DNA of 62,074 bases, filler included, from Stramenopiles sp. TOSAG23-2 (GCA_900128395.1; 10 parts of 10 records of this genome joined end to end with filler, not necessarily neighbours in it); one strand, 5' to 3'. Positions 1 through 10,975 are shown, numbered from the whole stretch's first letter. The notes: generated from the sequence alone by a model not told the origin. Program-made: numbers and translations.

Positions 1-59
1 AATGTTAATGTGTTTTGTTTCTTATTATTTATTGAATTTATTCTAATTATTATTATGAT

Positions 60-77
60 TAGAGCGGATCCTCTCTA
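60..77. mobile_element. 18-bp palindromic hAT-like mini-element (TAGAGCGGATCCTCTCTA) with 8-bp TSD ATTATGAT
   Basis: ATTATGAT at 52-59 and 78-85 flanks TAGAG...CTCTA termini. The identical 18-mer occurs at 25152-25169 with a different 8-bp duplication. Confidence 0.7.
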
Positions 78-591
78 ATTATGATGGGTGCATGGATAAC
101 AACAACTGTCAAAAATACACCTCCTGTTTTGTTGTAAATTTCATAAATAGTAAAAAATTTAAAAAATTAATAAGGATTTGGGGATTACCTGTAAAGTCTA
201 TAGAATTACCTAGTATCAGATATTATAAAGTATACAAAACTTTGTGCTTATGATATAATAATTATTATAGTAATTAGGGAAAAACAAGGTATTAAATATA
301 AGGGGAAAAACAAATTTAAAAAATGGAAAAATGATGAAAAACTTAATAATAATAATAACTTTTTTTAACATAATATTGTGCATATATATTCCGAATATAT
401 AATAATAATAAACATCATCGAACTTAAACTTCTTCTCTCTCTGGCTAGGCTGGCTCTGTCGAACTTGATCGAAACATCAAACTAATAGAATCCGGCCTAC
501 AGTTAGTTCAGTTAGAGAGGAGGAGAGAGTAAAAGTAAAGCATATAGAAATTGAAACAACAAAGAAAAACAACTATCATATAATATACACG

Positions 592-2184
592 ATGACATTG
601 CGTTCAATATTATTAATAATAGTATCATTAAATATTATATTATTATTTCATGCAAAGGCAACGTTTCAGCAACCAAAAATTATAATACCAACTTTAAAAA
701 ATGATTGGAAAATTATAAAATCTTATGCAAAATCAACTTTATATTCAATAACACCAACAAATATGAATTATCTATTAGGTGCCCCTTTCGTTATGGAATT
801 GAAAGGAAACAGATCAGAAGTTGGATATGCCGCTGGTATTTTATTAGGTGTTGAAAGTAGTGAAAGTTATCATGCCTTTATGCAACATAAGTTTGGTAAA
901 AAAAGTAAATCCTACGAAGAAGCTATGGATTATTTATATGCAAATGTATTATTAAAACATATACCAAAAGAGTATGAAGACGAGTTTATTGGTTTAACAC
1001 ATGGAGCATGGGAAGCAGGTGTAGATAAGTCTATTGATGTTGGGCAACAACAAAGACGAGTAATTACGCTGTCAACATTACCAGCCGATGTTTCTAATAT
1101 CATACGTTTAATTGAAAATGATTTTGATTTATGTACTAAAAAACCAAAAGTATGTCAAGATATTTTAAAATGGGAAGAAAAAAATTTAGGACCAAATAAT
1201 ATTCCATATGCAAATGGAACTTGGCCACGACCTGAAGTGACAAATCCATTCTCTGGACATTGTGATTTTCTAGCTGCATGGGGCGAAAGAACCGAAGGTG
1301 GACGATTAATATCAACACGTAATTTAGATTGGGATAAAAGTACTGGGATCTCTAAAGTGAAATTAATAACGGTTTATAATATTGATGGCCTTGGTTCTCC
1401 ATACGCTACAGTGGGATTTGGAGCTTTGATATCAGGTGCAATTGCTGGCATGTCTAAAAATGGAATGACAGTTAGTGAAGCTAATTTAGATAATTCTGAA
1501 GTTTCTTTTCACGGCTTTCCTTGGCCATTACGCCTTCGCTATGTTATGGAAAATGCCCATAATCTAGCCGAAGCAAGATCTATTTGGTCGCATACAAATA
1601 ATACAGCTGCATTTAATTTTTTAATTGGTTCAAGTTCAGATGCTGGTACACCAGGTTCGCCAGCTGCGATGGCACTCGAAACGATGAAAGATTTTACAGG
1701 ATATTTTTATGACAATTCACCAATTGAAGCTAATGCTACGTGGCAATGGCCAAATGTCAGTACACCAGAGAAAATAGGGTTTCCAATAAAAGATGCAGTA
1801 TGGCGATCCAATCATGCACTGCATCCATTTGTGATGCATACGCAAGAAAATTTATGGAATGATACAATATGGAGATATAAAGAATTACATGATTTAATTG
1901 TATCAAAAAGCAGCAATGGAAAAGTATTATCAGTTGATGATGTCGTATATATTGTATCAGTATTAGGAATTAAAGGACCTAATTATTTAAGTTGTAATCC
2001 AAAGCAATTTACTGATGGGGGCGATAATGTTATGTCTATTGTATACGACCCAGCAAATTTCAAATTGTACAGTGCGTGGGAAGATGGTTCAAATGTGAAT
2101 AATAATTGGAGCCCGGCTGCATGTAATGATTATATACAGTTTGATTTGAGTGTTGTTTTTGAAGAGAATATGTACGAAGCGTAA
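592..2184 (+). CDS. Secreted Ntn-hydrolase, peptidase C45 / acid ceramidase (NAAA)-like
   Basis: N-terminal hydrophobic signal. GHCDFLAAWG...RNLDW motif with a candidate N-terminal Cys nucleophile. Many N-x-S/T sequons. Confidence 0.8.
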   Translation: MTLRSILLIIVSLNIILLFHAKATFQQPKIIIPTLKNDWKIIKSYAKSTLYSITPTNMNYLLGAPFVMELKGNRSEVGYAAGILLGVESSESYHAFMQHKFGKKSKSYEEAMDYLYANVLLKHIPKEYEDEFIGLTHGAWEAGVDKSIDVGQQQRRVITLSTLPADVSNIIRLIENDFDLCTKKPKVCQDILKWEEKNLGPNNIPYANGTWPRPEVTNPFSGHCDFLAAWGERTEGGRLISTRNLDWDKSTGISKVKLITVYNIDGLGSPYATVGFGALISGAIAGMSKNGMTVSEANLDNSEVSFHGFPWPLRLRYVMENAHNLAEARSIWSHTNNTAAFNFLIGSSSDAGTPGSPAAMALETMKDFTGYFYDNSPIEANATWQWPNVSTPEKIGFPIKDAVWRSNHALHPFVMHTQENLWNDTIWRYKELHDLIVSKSSNGKVLSVDDVVYIVSVLGIKGPNYLSCNPKQFTDGGDNVMSIVYDPANFKLYSAWEDGSNVNNNWSPAACNDYIQFDLSVVFEENMYEA

Positions 2185-2301
2185 AAATTAAAAAAAAAAG
2201 ACTTGTATTATATTCGTACGAAGCGTTCGTAGATTTTTTGATAAAACGAGAGATATTTTTTTTTCTTGATATGCCCACGGCAGCTATTATTTATTATATT
2301 C

Positions 2302-4069
2302 TTACTCCCCTCGTCTCAAAATGGAATGTTTTACATTTTGCATTAATTTTCGTACTTGTGCTTTCTTACGCAAGGAGGCATCATTTGGACGAATAGATAT
2401 AGCCTTTCGTATCAATTCAAATGCTTCAAAACGGTCTTTTGGTAATAATAATTTGAAATCTGCAGCATTTAGGCATACGACTTCACTTGCACCTTCCGAA
2501 ACAACACTTGCCCAAGCTTTGTTTTTTTGCTTTCTTTTATTATATGTATCGACCCATTTCTCTAATTTTATTTGTTCCGGTGATTTCAAAAAAGACGGTT
2601 TACTCTTTGTATTGTCCGCATTATCACCATTATTTGCACCATCCTCCTTGCTATTATTTTGTTGATTCAATAATAATAAAGTTACTAATAATTTCTTATC
2701 AAATAAACTTGTATTACCTTCTTCACCAAAAAAACTACCTAAACCATGGCGATTCACTGTTACACATGGTGCGCTTTTAGCCACTCGAATATGTTTAACA
2801 ATCTGTCGTGATGTATTATTGATATTGTTTCTCTCTCCTTTTTTATTACTATGCTCTGGCCATATATTTTTTTGTTTCATTGATACAGTTCGTCCACTAA
2901 CAAAACTTCCTTTTGATACGATATACATACAATTTATTTCCTCATTTTGACGTATTGCTACTTGACGATGTTTAAACAACATCGTTTTTGCACCTAATGC
3001 CATCCTACCAAGTTGACCTTTTGATAAATGTTTAAATAATGGACTACGTTGTAATGCTTCTACTTTACTATTCAAAATTCGCAATCGATATGGTGCAATC
3101 AGCAATTTATAATCTTTTAATGGTATTTGTACTAAATCAACACCACGTGCACCTGCAAAGATACCAACTGTATCTTCACTATAATCATTCCCTAAAGCTT
3201 GCAGTTCCCCAAAGGATGAATGAACATCTAATACTCGTTCATCAAGTGTTGCTTTTGATTTTTGTTTTATTTGTCCATCAAAGACAACAGAAACCATTGT
3301 TGGAGGTGAAGGTAATTCACCACTTTCAATAATTCTTTGACGATTTACTTCTGTTGCTAGCAACATATTGGCTGGAAAATATTTTGACATTTGTACAATT
3401 CTAGCTAATTTCATGCGTACAAGTAAAGGTAAATCTTTGGTCATATCTGTATTTAACAACCATAAAGTTATATATCTTAAATCTGTTTCATTTCGTTTTC
3501 TTGGTTTTTCATAAAATGCATGTTTAGTTTCTTCCTTATGTTGACCTTCAAGTATTTCATTAAATGGACTTGAATAATTTAATACTTCCTGTGGTAATCT
3601 GCTTCTTAATTCAAAAATAGATTCTTCAAGTTTTGATATGTTGTTGGTTTTAACATTTTTGTTTTTATTGATAATATTATTTACATATAAAAGACCTTGC
3701 TGATTGTTTTTCTTTTTCTTTTTTTTTCTATTGCTATTCACAATTGTTCGCCCAACTGCTAAGGATTCTAATGTAGGTGACAATTTCCAAATCATTCCTT
3801 CGTTTGCTCTTGAACCTAAATGTTGTCCATCCTCAACAGCACTTAATCTCCATTCTTCCGTTGATGGTGAAGCTACATATACACCTCTCTGTGTAGGATG
3901 TGTATATTGTATGTGAATGTATATATTGTTGTTGTGTTAGTATTAATAATTTATTGATCTAATAATAGGCCTAACTTACTGCATGATTTATGTATTTTTT
4001 TCGATGTTTGGACATAGGTGATGTTGGACGTAATGGATTAATATTATCATCATGGATATTCAATGCCAT
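2302..4069 (-). CDS. Cyclic-nucleotide-binding domain protein, 2 exons (4069-3980, 3888-2302)
   Basis: Two cNMP-like segments (SFGELQAL; IRQNEEINCMYIVSKG...FFGEE). Intron 3889-3979 has a GTAAGT donor, TACTAAC branch point (3936-3942) and CAG acceptor, and joins a 30-codon ATG exon in frame. Confidence 0.7.
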
Positions 4070-4440
4070 GTTGTTTAATGTTATTGTTGTTGATAATGCT
4101 GTTGTTGTTTTGATATATAGTATTATATTGTGTATGTATATTTGTGGTGAATGTATATATATGTAAATGGAATGGGTTTATGATAAATGATTATTATTTT
4201 ATTTGATCTATGATTGGGTGCATTGAGATGGTTTATTAATAAATTTGTATAACTGATTAATACGTATATTGCTGCGAATATCCCTATCAAATTTACCTAT
4301 ACTACATACATTTAAGTATGTAATAAATAACCTAAAGAATGGGAATTATTTTGGTCAGGCGTAGTATTTTGTTCTACAACAGTATATAGTAATTGAAATA
4401 ATACAAAACTTTCTGAAACACACACACACACATCACTTTC

Positions 4441-6135
4441 TCAAAATTCTCCATTTTTCATACAACTCATTGGAACTGCTCGAAATATACCACCGCCATG
4501 TACCAATTTCATGGAACGACGACGAAATCCACTCATATTATTCTCCCAACACCCAAAGAAACCATCTTTACTACCACTATACCAAAATCCTCTATAAAAT
4601 GTTGATGGACTGCCACTTTCCATTGCAATTTCTCGAGTAATACCATACCATTTTTTCATAAATATAGACCCTGCTTTGGAACTTACATTCATCCCATCTT
4701 CCGCTTCAAGGCCATACCATTCACCACTTAGAAAATAGACACCACGATCATTATCACATCCACTACCTAATACTTTCCCATCAAGTGTAAAACAAAAACT
4801 AACATGTTCATCAACACCTTTTCGGCTACCACTTTGATACATATGTAACATTCTCCAACGATAATTATTGTTATTATTTTTATCAACACAAACATTACTA
4901 TCATTATTATTATTTGATATGGATGATGAAAAATTAAATGGAATTTTAAATAATTGTTTACGATTTGAACTATGTGTTCTTAAGATATTCCATTCATGTG
5001 CAAGTAATAATTCACGTTCATTCGCTATAACTGGATACGCGGAACAATTCATATTGATTAAACAACGTGCAGCTTCTTGCGATGCCATTGTTTCAACTTC
5101 TGCTACAGGTGAGCATAAAAGATCTCGTAAAACAGCGCCGCCATTATTTTTTTCAATTTCATTGTATAAAGATTGATGCATTTGATTTTTTTCATCAATT
5201 GTACAAGTTAATAAATTTGCTAATGCACCAACACTTATACGTCTAATCCAATGCGAATTATGACCAGATAATCCAAGTAAAAAACGAGCACCACCACATG
5301 TACATATAATATCTCTCGTTTTAATATCATATTTATTATTACAAAGAAATATTAAACCCGTCAATGCATTAATCCATTCTTGTTGTGCAGTTTGTGAACC
5401 ATTTGATGTTTTTGGTATACGACCATGCCTATATTTTTTCAACAATCTATTTATTTCAGACATACCAGCACAACGTATTAAACAAGATATTCTCCATGAT
5501 GATAAAGAATTATTGTTGTTGTTGTTGTTGTTGTTATTGTTGTTCTTATCAATTGTACTATTAGTTTTCATCATCATTGGTGCAACTTTTTTTGTAATAT
5601 TTTTTTTATTATTATGCACATAATCAATAATACCATTATCAAGTTTCTTTAAATACCATCTATTTGCAGCTAATGGTTGCCAACATTTTTCATCTTCATT
5701 TTCAAATACTACACGTAATGTTTTTGTTACCAGGACTAATTCTAGAATATCTTCTGAAGTTAAATATAAAAATATTTTGCCATACATTTCCGTTGGCAAC
5801 AATTCGATAGGTGCACATTCACGTTCTTTTTTATTAGTTTGACGCATATTTAATAAACGCTCACGCTCCGCAAAATATTCATCTGATTTTCTTTTTATTT
5901 CATCAAAACGTCTACAGGTTTTTTGCAAATGATTTATTGATTCACGTGTTTTTGCAGCAGTTTTTTTAAACTTTTCAACAGATGCAAAGGATGATATGAG
6001 CCATGCAGGTAAAGATGACGAACGTGTTGGTGTAGGCGCCTCTGCTGAAATTTCTCCACTACTATCTGCTTTTGTTATTATTGCTTTATTATTCACATTA
6101 TTAGTATTACTATTATCATCATCATCAAATTTTAT
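4441..6135 (-). CDS. F-box + armadillo-like repeat protein, 5' truncated
   Basis: F-box LLPTEMYGKIFLYLTSEDILELVLVTKTLR. ARM-like GALANL and EAARCLINM. The listed start at 6096 is GTG and the frame stays open to the contig edge. Confidence 0.7.
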   Translation of the reverse strand: MKFDDDDNSNTNNVNNKAIITKADSSGEISAEAPTPTRSSSLPAWLISSFASVEKFKKTAAKTRESINHLQKTCRRFDEIKRKSDEYFAERERLLNMRQTNKKERECAPIELLPTEMYGKIFLYLTSEDILELVLVTKTLRVVFENEDEKCWQPLAANRWYLKKLDNGIIDYVHNNKKNITKKVAPMMMKTNSTIDKNNNNNNNNNNNNSLSSWRISCLIRCAGMSEINRLLKKYRHGRIPKTSNGSQTAQQEWINALTGLIFLCNNKYDIKTRDIICTCGGARFLLGLSGHNSHWIRRISVGALANLLTCTIDEKNQMHQSLYNEIEKNNGGAVLRDLLCSPVAEVETMASQEAARCLINMNCSAYPVIANERELLLAHEWNILRTHSSNRKQLFKIPFNFSSSISNNNNDSNVCVDKNNNNNYRWRMLHMYQSGSRKGVDEHVSFCFTLDGKVLGSGCDNDRGVYFLSGEWYGLEAEDGMNVSSKAGSIFMKKWYGITREIAMESGSPSTFYRGFWYSGSKDGFFGCWENNMSGFRRRSMKLVHGGGIFRAVPMSCMKNGEF

Positions 6136-6235
6136 NNNNNNNNNNNNNNNNNNNNNNNNNNNNNNNNNNNNNNNNNNNNTTAATTAATTAANNNNNNNNN
6201 NNNNNNNNNNNNNNNNNNNNNNNNNNNNNNNNNNN
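6136..6235. other. Artificial contig linker (44N-TTAATTAATTAA-44N); also at 12369-12468, 18600-18699, 24828-24927, 31046-31145, 37263-37362, 43478-43577, 49686-49785, 55884-55983
   Basis: Identical 100-nt spacer with stops in all six frames. The intervening contigs fall monotonically in length (6135, 6133, 6131, 6128, 6118, 6117, 6115, 6108, 6098, 6091). Confidence 0.97.
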
Positions 6236-6428
6236 CCAGAAGAATCAACAATGAATGGCATGCACAAATCAATGGATCACAAGATATATATAAATGTAGT
6301 ATTATATGTATTGAATAAATTGCATTACTATGATATAGACAGATACATTAAAATATATCAATAATATATTGCATTGTGACAAAGGTATAATTAGTATATT
6401 TCTAAAATAAGAGTAAAGGAACGAAAAG

Positions 6429-9236
6429 ATGGCAGATTTAGCATCTCTTGAATCTGCAGTAACAGATGCAGGAAACCAAGTACGTAAAATTAAAGGGGAA
6501 GGCGGTGACATTAAACCTGCTTTAGCTTTATTGACATCTGCCAAAGAGGCATTTAAAGTTGCTTTAGAAAAAGCAATCGAAGCGTTAGCTCCAGAAGGTG
6601 ACGAAGCAACATTGGCTGATTTGAAAAAGAAATTAGATAGCGTTACGCCTAAAAGTAGGAAAGACAAGAAGAAAAAGGCAAAAAAGGATAAAGAAAAGAA
6701 AGCAGCAGAGGCAGCTGCAAAAGCAAATGGTGATAACGGAGGTGAAAAGAAAATGTCCAAGTCACAGTTGAAAAAACTTGCAAAGATGCAAAAGAAAGCT
6801 CAATACAAAGCAGCTGCAAAAGCAGAGAAGGAAGGCGCTGCCGAAACAAAAGGAAATGCAGGCGGTAAAGGTAAAGGCAAAGCATCTAGTGGAAAAGGAT
6901 CTATGGGTAGTGCCTCTACTTCCACCACGACTCGAGTTTTAAGTGGAACGCCATATGCTGGTATGATTGCAGCGTCGATGGCTGGTGAAAAATTTACTAG
7001 TGAGGTGGATGAATTAAAATTACCAAGTGGTACGGTTTTGCGTGGTTCACATACGATTGCAAGATATTTTGTACAATCAAAAAATTTGAATTTGTATGGT
7101 GGTAAAGATGTTGAAAAACGTTGTTGTATTGATCAATGGGTCGATTTTACGTTATTACATTTGCCATATTCTAAAAAAGGTTTACAAGCAGTAGACCAAC
7201 ATTTAGAAACAAATACTTACGTTGTAGGTTATACAATGACATTAGCAGATATTTGTGTCTTTGGTGCAATGAGAGCTAGTGATGATTTTGATGTTGTGAA
7301 ATCATCTGTATCGTTGCCACATTTATCTCGTTGGTATAAACATTGTGAGAAATTAGCACATTTTAAATCATTTAAAAAAGTTGCACCAGCAGCAAAAACT
7401 AATGATAATAACAATAACATAAACAATAATAAAAGTAATAATAGTTCTGACGATGCAAAAAAGTATGTTGATAAAGATGGCAAACCATTATCAAAATCTC
7501 AAATTAAGAAGATGAAAAAAGCGGAAGCTAAAGCTGCAGCGAAAGCAAAATACAAGGCACAAGCAGTAGCAGACAAAGCAAGTGGAAAAACGTCGGCTAA
7601 GAAAAAAGATTCTGGTGGTAAATTGATAGAATTAAAAGATGCCGTGGAAGGTGAAGTTTGCACCCGTTTCCCTCCAGAACCATCTGGCTATTTACACATC
7701 GGCCATGTCAAAGCTATTATGTTAAACAATGCCATGGCACGAAAGTACAAAGGCAAACTTATTGTACGTTTTGATGATACAAATCCAAGTAAAGAAAAAG
7801 AAGAATTTGCAGAAAATATTTTACTCGATTTAAAACGTTTAAATGTAAAACCAGATAAAATTACATACACATCGGATAGTTTTGATTTAATTCGCCAATA
7901 TGCTGTAACTATGATTAAAGAGGGAAATGCATATATGGATGATACCCCTGGCGATAAAATGAGTGAGGAACGTAATGAGGGTATTCCATCCAAACATCGC
8001 GATAATGATGTCAAGACAAACATGAAACGGTTTGAAGCAATGTGCAAAGGTACGAAGGAGGGTCAAAAATGGTGCATGCGTGCTAAAATCGACATGCAAG
8101 CAAAAAATAAATGTTTACGAGATCCAGTATTTTATCGTTGCAATTTAACGCCACATCATCGTACAAAGACGCAATACAAAGCATATCCAATTTATGATTT
8201 AGCTTGCCCAATTGTTGATTCTCACGAAGGAGTTACTCATGCAATGCGTACAACTGAATACAGAGATCGAGATGAAATGTACGAATGGGTATTAAATACA
8301 TTAAAGTTACGACATGTGAAAATTCAAGAGTTTGCAAGAATCAACTTCTTATACACCTTGATGTCGAAGCGTAAATTGCAAAAACTAGTGGATGAAAATG
8401 CTGTAGATGGTTGGAACGATCCTCGTTTCCCAACCGTTCAAGGCATTTTAAGACGTGGGATGCGTGTACAAGCTTTAAGGGAGTTTATATTGTCGTTAGG
8501 TTTTTCAAAACGTGTAGTTGATATGACATGGGATCAAATTTGGGTTAAAAACAGACAGTTGGTAGATCCAGATGCTAAAAGGTATTTTGCTGTTCCAAAA
8601 GAAAATTGCGTCAAATTATCTCTGACAAATGTAGAGATAGCGACTGGAGTATCTGTTCCATATCACCCTAAAGACCCTAAAGGAGAACGCTGTGGTATGA
8701 AAGTTTTGCATGCTACACCTTCTGTCATATTGGGGCAAGAAGACTGTTCAGGATTGGCTGAAAACGAGGAATTAACCTTGCGTTATTATGGGGGTACAGT
8801 TACTGTGAATAAAATTTTGAAAAATGCTAATGGTATTGTTATCAGCATGGAGGGTACACATAATAGTGACGGTGATGCCCGAAAAACGAAACGTAAAATT
8901 GGATGGGTCCCAGATTCGGAGGATAATGTTGAAATCGATTTGCATGAATTTGGTCATTTATTAAATGTGGGTAAAATTCCAACTGATGATGTTGGAGATA
9001 TCGTTGGTAAATTTGAAGATTATTTATCGAAAAACACGCATGCAATTACTGTAGCAATTGGTGAGCCAAGCATTAGATTAGCACAAGAAAATGAAATTTT
9101 ACAAATCGAACGTGTTGGATTTTTCCGTGTTGATCGAGTTCATATTAGCAATAGTAAAAGATTACAGTTATTCATGGTTCCAGATGGCAAGCAGAAAGCA
9201 ATGAGTACGTTGAAATCTAAGCTAGATCATGTTTAA
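6429..9236 (+). CDS. GUS1: Cytosolic glutamyl-tRNA synthetase with N-terminal helical (WHEP-like), Lys-rich and GST-like extensions
   Basis: TRFPPEPSGYLHIGH (HIGH), RFDDTNP, LMSKRKL (KMSKS-equivalent), GWNDPRFPTVQG and QIERVGFF. GST-C-like segment IDQWVDF...TLADICVFG. Confidence 0.95.
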   Translation: MADLASLESAVTDAGNQVRKIKGEGGDIKPALALLTSAKEAFKVALEKAIEALAPEGDEATLADLKKKLDSVTPKSRKDKKKKAKKDKEKKAAEAAAKANGDNGGEKKMSKSQLKKLAKMQKKAQYKAAAKAEKEGAAETKGNAGGKGKGKASSGKGSMGSASTSTTTRVLSGTPYAGMIAASMAGEKFTSEVDELKLPSGTVLRGSHTIARYFVQSKNLNLYGGKDVEKRCCIDQWVDFTLLHLPYSKKGLQAVDQHLETNTYVVGYTMTLADICVFGAMRASDDFDVVKSSVSLPHLSRWYKHCEKLAHFKSFKKVAPAAKTNDNNNNINNNKSNNSSDDAKKYVDKDGKPLSKSQIKKMKKAEAKAAAKAKYKAQAVADKASGKTSAKKKDSGGKLIELKDAVEGEVCTRFPPEPSGYLHIGHVKAIMLNNAMARKYKGKLIVRFDDTNPSKEKEEFAENILLDLKRLNVKPDKITYTSDSFDLIRQYAVTMIKEGNAYMDDTPGDKMSEERNEGIPSKHRDNDVKTNMKRFEAMCKGTKEGQKWCMRAKIDMQAKNKCLRDPVFYRCNLTPHHRTKTQYKAYPIYDLACPIVDSHEGVTHAMRTTEYRDRDEMYEWVLNTLKLRHVKIQEFARINFLYTLMSKRKLQKLVDENAVDGWNDPRFPTVQGILRRGMRVQALREFILSLGFSKRVVDMTWDQIWVKNRQLVDPDAKRYFAVPKENCVKLSLTNVEIATGVSVPYHPKDPKGERCGMKVLHATPSVILGQEDCSGLAENEELTLRYYGGTVTVNKILKNANGIVISMEGTHNSDGDARKTKRKIGWVPDSEDNVEIDLHEFGHLLNVGKIPTDDVGDIVGKFEDYLSKNTHAITVAIGEPSIRLAQENEILQIERVGFFRVDRVHISNSKRLQLFMVPDGKQKAMSTLKSKLDHV

Positions 9237-9313
9237 AAGAGAGACATTTTATATTATTTTTAAATACGGTTCGTATCATATGATACATATTTTTTTATTT
9301 TTATATTAAAATA

Positions 9314-9559
9314 TCATATATCAATCTCACCGTTTTCGAATGAATCCGACGTCCAGCCCGTTCGACGATCGCGCATGGAAGGATAGAAACCTCGAAGGTT
9401 TGTTGTACTCCTTGTGAAACCGCTGATTTTCTTCAGAACGACAGGTATATGATTCAACCGGTGGTTCTTCTTGTTGCTCTTCTCTGTATCCAATATACAA
9501 TTTTTACAAATACCATATGAACGCTTTAACAACATCATTCTTTCATTGCAACGTGCCAT
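9314..9559 (-). CDS. Small hypothetical ORF (81 aa)
   Basis: ATG-started ORF, less AT-rich than its flanks. No recognisable domain. Confidence 0.3.
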   Translation of the reverse strand: MARCNERMMLLKRSYGICKNCILDTEKSNKKNHRLNHIPVVLKKISGFTRSTTNLRGFYPSMRDRRTGWTSDSFENGEIDI

Positions 9560-9658
9560 TCATATTTATCACAAATGTGTCAATGTGTCCTGATGTGCTC
9601 CTCCTTTTTTTTTTATTAATAATTTTTCAGGTACAAAAAAACAACAAAATTAAAACAA

Positions 9659-9778
9659 CTGTTTGTGGTTAATATTTATACTTGTTAGTATATGAAAAAT
9701 CTCATAAAGCATAAGAATAGCATTACAGAAAACGAGGAAGAATTATTATTATACTTGGTAGTCTACGTAGCACCTTAC
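9659..9778 (-). other. Spliceosomal intron in non-coding sequence (3' UTR of PP2C or 5' UTR of the small ORF)
   Basis: GCCAG|GTAAGG donor at 9778, TACTAAC at 9684-9690, CAG acceptor at 9659-9661. Confidence 0.6.
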
Positions 9779-9820
9779 CTGGCCTGATATAAAAAATAAA
9801 AACACAAAAAAATTACGTTC

Positions 9821-10975
9821 TTAATTTAAATTTTCAATACAAATAATGATGCATGTCATATTATCTCCACCAATTCCACGAGTAGTTTTTGGATCATCTG
9901 CAATACAATAATCAAATACTTCTTCTGCTATTTGTGCCGGTGATTTACCTTGCTTTAATCGTACACGAACGAAATCTACAGCTTGTTGATTACTCATTAC
10001 ATCCCAGACACCATCACATGCCATAATGATAAACTCATCACCCGGACATAAAGTTTCAGTTAATAGATCTGGCTGAGCAGTTATCATTTGCTGCTCCGGT
10101 GGCAGCGTTTTATTTTGTTTATATTTTAAATCGCCTAAACTACGTGATAGATTTAAATTTCCATTTACCCGAAAATGCCCATTCGCACTTGTAATAAATC
10201 CACCAGCACCTACAATTCTGTCAGTCTCTTCTTTATCGTTTGGTTTATGATCAAATGATAATGGTACAGCAGCACCTTTTCTACATAAGACACCTCTTGA
10301 ATCTCCAGCATTTGCTACATAAATAGTATTACCAACAATTAATGCTACCACTGCTGTGCAACCACAACGCACGGGATGTTCGTTAAGGTTACATACTTTA
10401 CGGTCACCTTGTTCACCACCACCTGCAGTTACTCTCCCACCTTGTAATTGACGACGCATAACCATCATTTGTTGCATAACACGTCTAGCCTCTTCCTCTT
10501 TTTCCGTTGGTTGGTTTGACCTTGCTGACCCAAATAGACCACTATCATCCCTAGCGTTGTTGTTATTGTTCCTAATTGCAGATCCCATCGTATTATTATT
10601 TGACAGCGCATTTTCATTTGGCGTCATACCAATGGCACGTTGGTGTTCTGGTTGTTCAAGCAATACATCAATTGCATGAAATGCTTCACATAATGTTTTT
10701 TTATAATCACCGTTTTTGAAATTACTATTATTTTTGATAATATTTGGCATTTTCGCTTTAGCAAACTGCGCCACTTCTGGACCACCGTGCCCATCAAACA
10801 CGGCGTATAATGATACATTTTTCTGTCCATGCACATCTAAATCTGGTTCTGTAATATGAGCATCTTCCATTTTCTTCCTCCACCCCTGCATTGCAGATGC
10901 ACCATGTCTTAAATATGCGTTACCACCACTTTCTGTTTCTTTCTCTGTATTCGGTCGTTCTAAATAAGCACCCAT
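9821..10975 (-). CDS. Protein phosphatase 2C (PPM1G/Ptc2-like)
   Basis: MGAYL N-terminus, MQGWR..MEDAH, VFDGHGG, ANAGDSR, DHKP, RSLGD, ACDGVWD, GGDNMT. Confidence 0.95.
   Translation of the reverse strand: MGAYLERPNTEKETESGGNAYLRHGASAMQGWRKKMEDAHITEPDLDVHGQKNVSLYAVFDGHGGPEVAQFAKAKMPNIIKNNSNFKNGDYKKTLCEAFHAIDVLLEQPEHQRAIGMTPNENALSNNNTMGSAIRNNNNNARDDSGLFGSARSNQPTEKEEEARRVMQQMMVMRRQLQGGRVTAGGGEQGDRKVCNLNEHPVRCGCTAVVALIVGNTIYVANAGDSRGVLCRKGAAVPLSFDHKPNDKEETDRIVGAGGFITSANGHFRVNGNLNLSRSLGDLKYKQNKTLPPEQQMITAQPDLLTETLCPGDEFIIMACDGVWDVMSNQQAVDFVRVRLKQGKSPAQIAEEVFDYCIADDPKTTRGIGGDNMTCIIICIENLN

Noticed and set aside
6180-6191. Regularly spaced TTAATTAATTAA as a biological repeat or piggyBac TTAA site
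   Set aside because: It is always embedded in 44+44 N. This is a six-frame-stop concatenation spacer.
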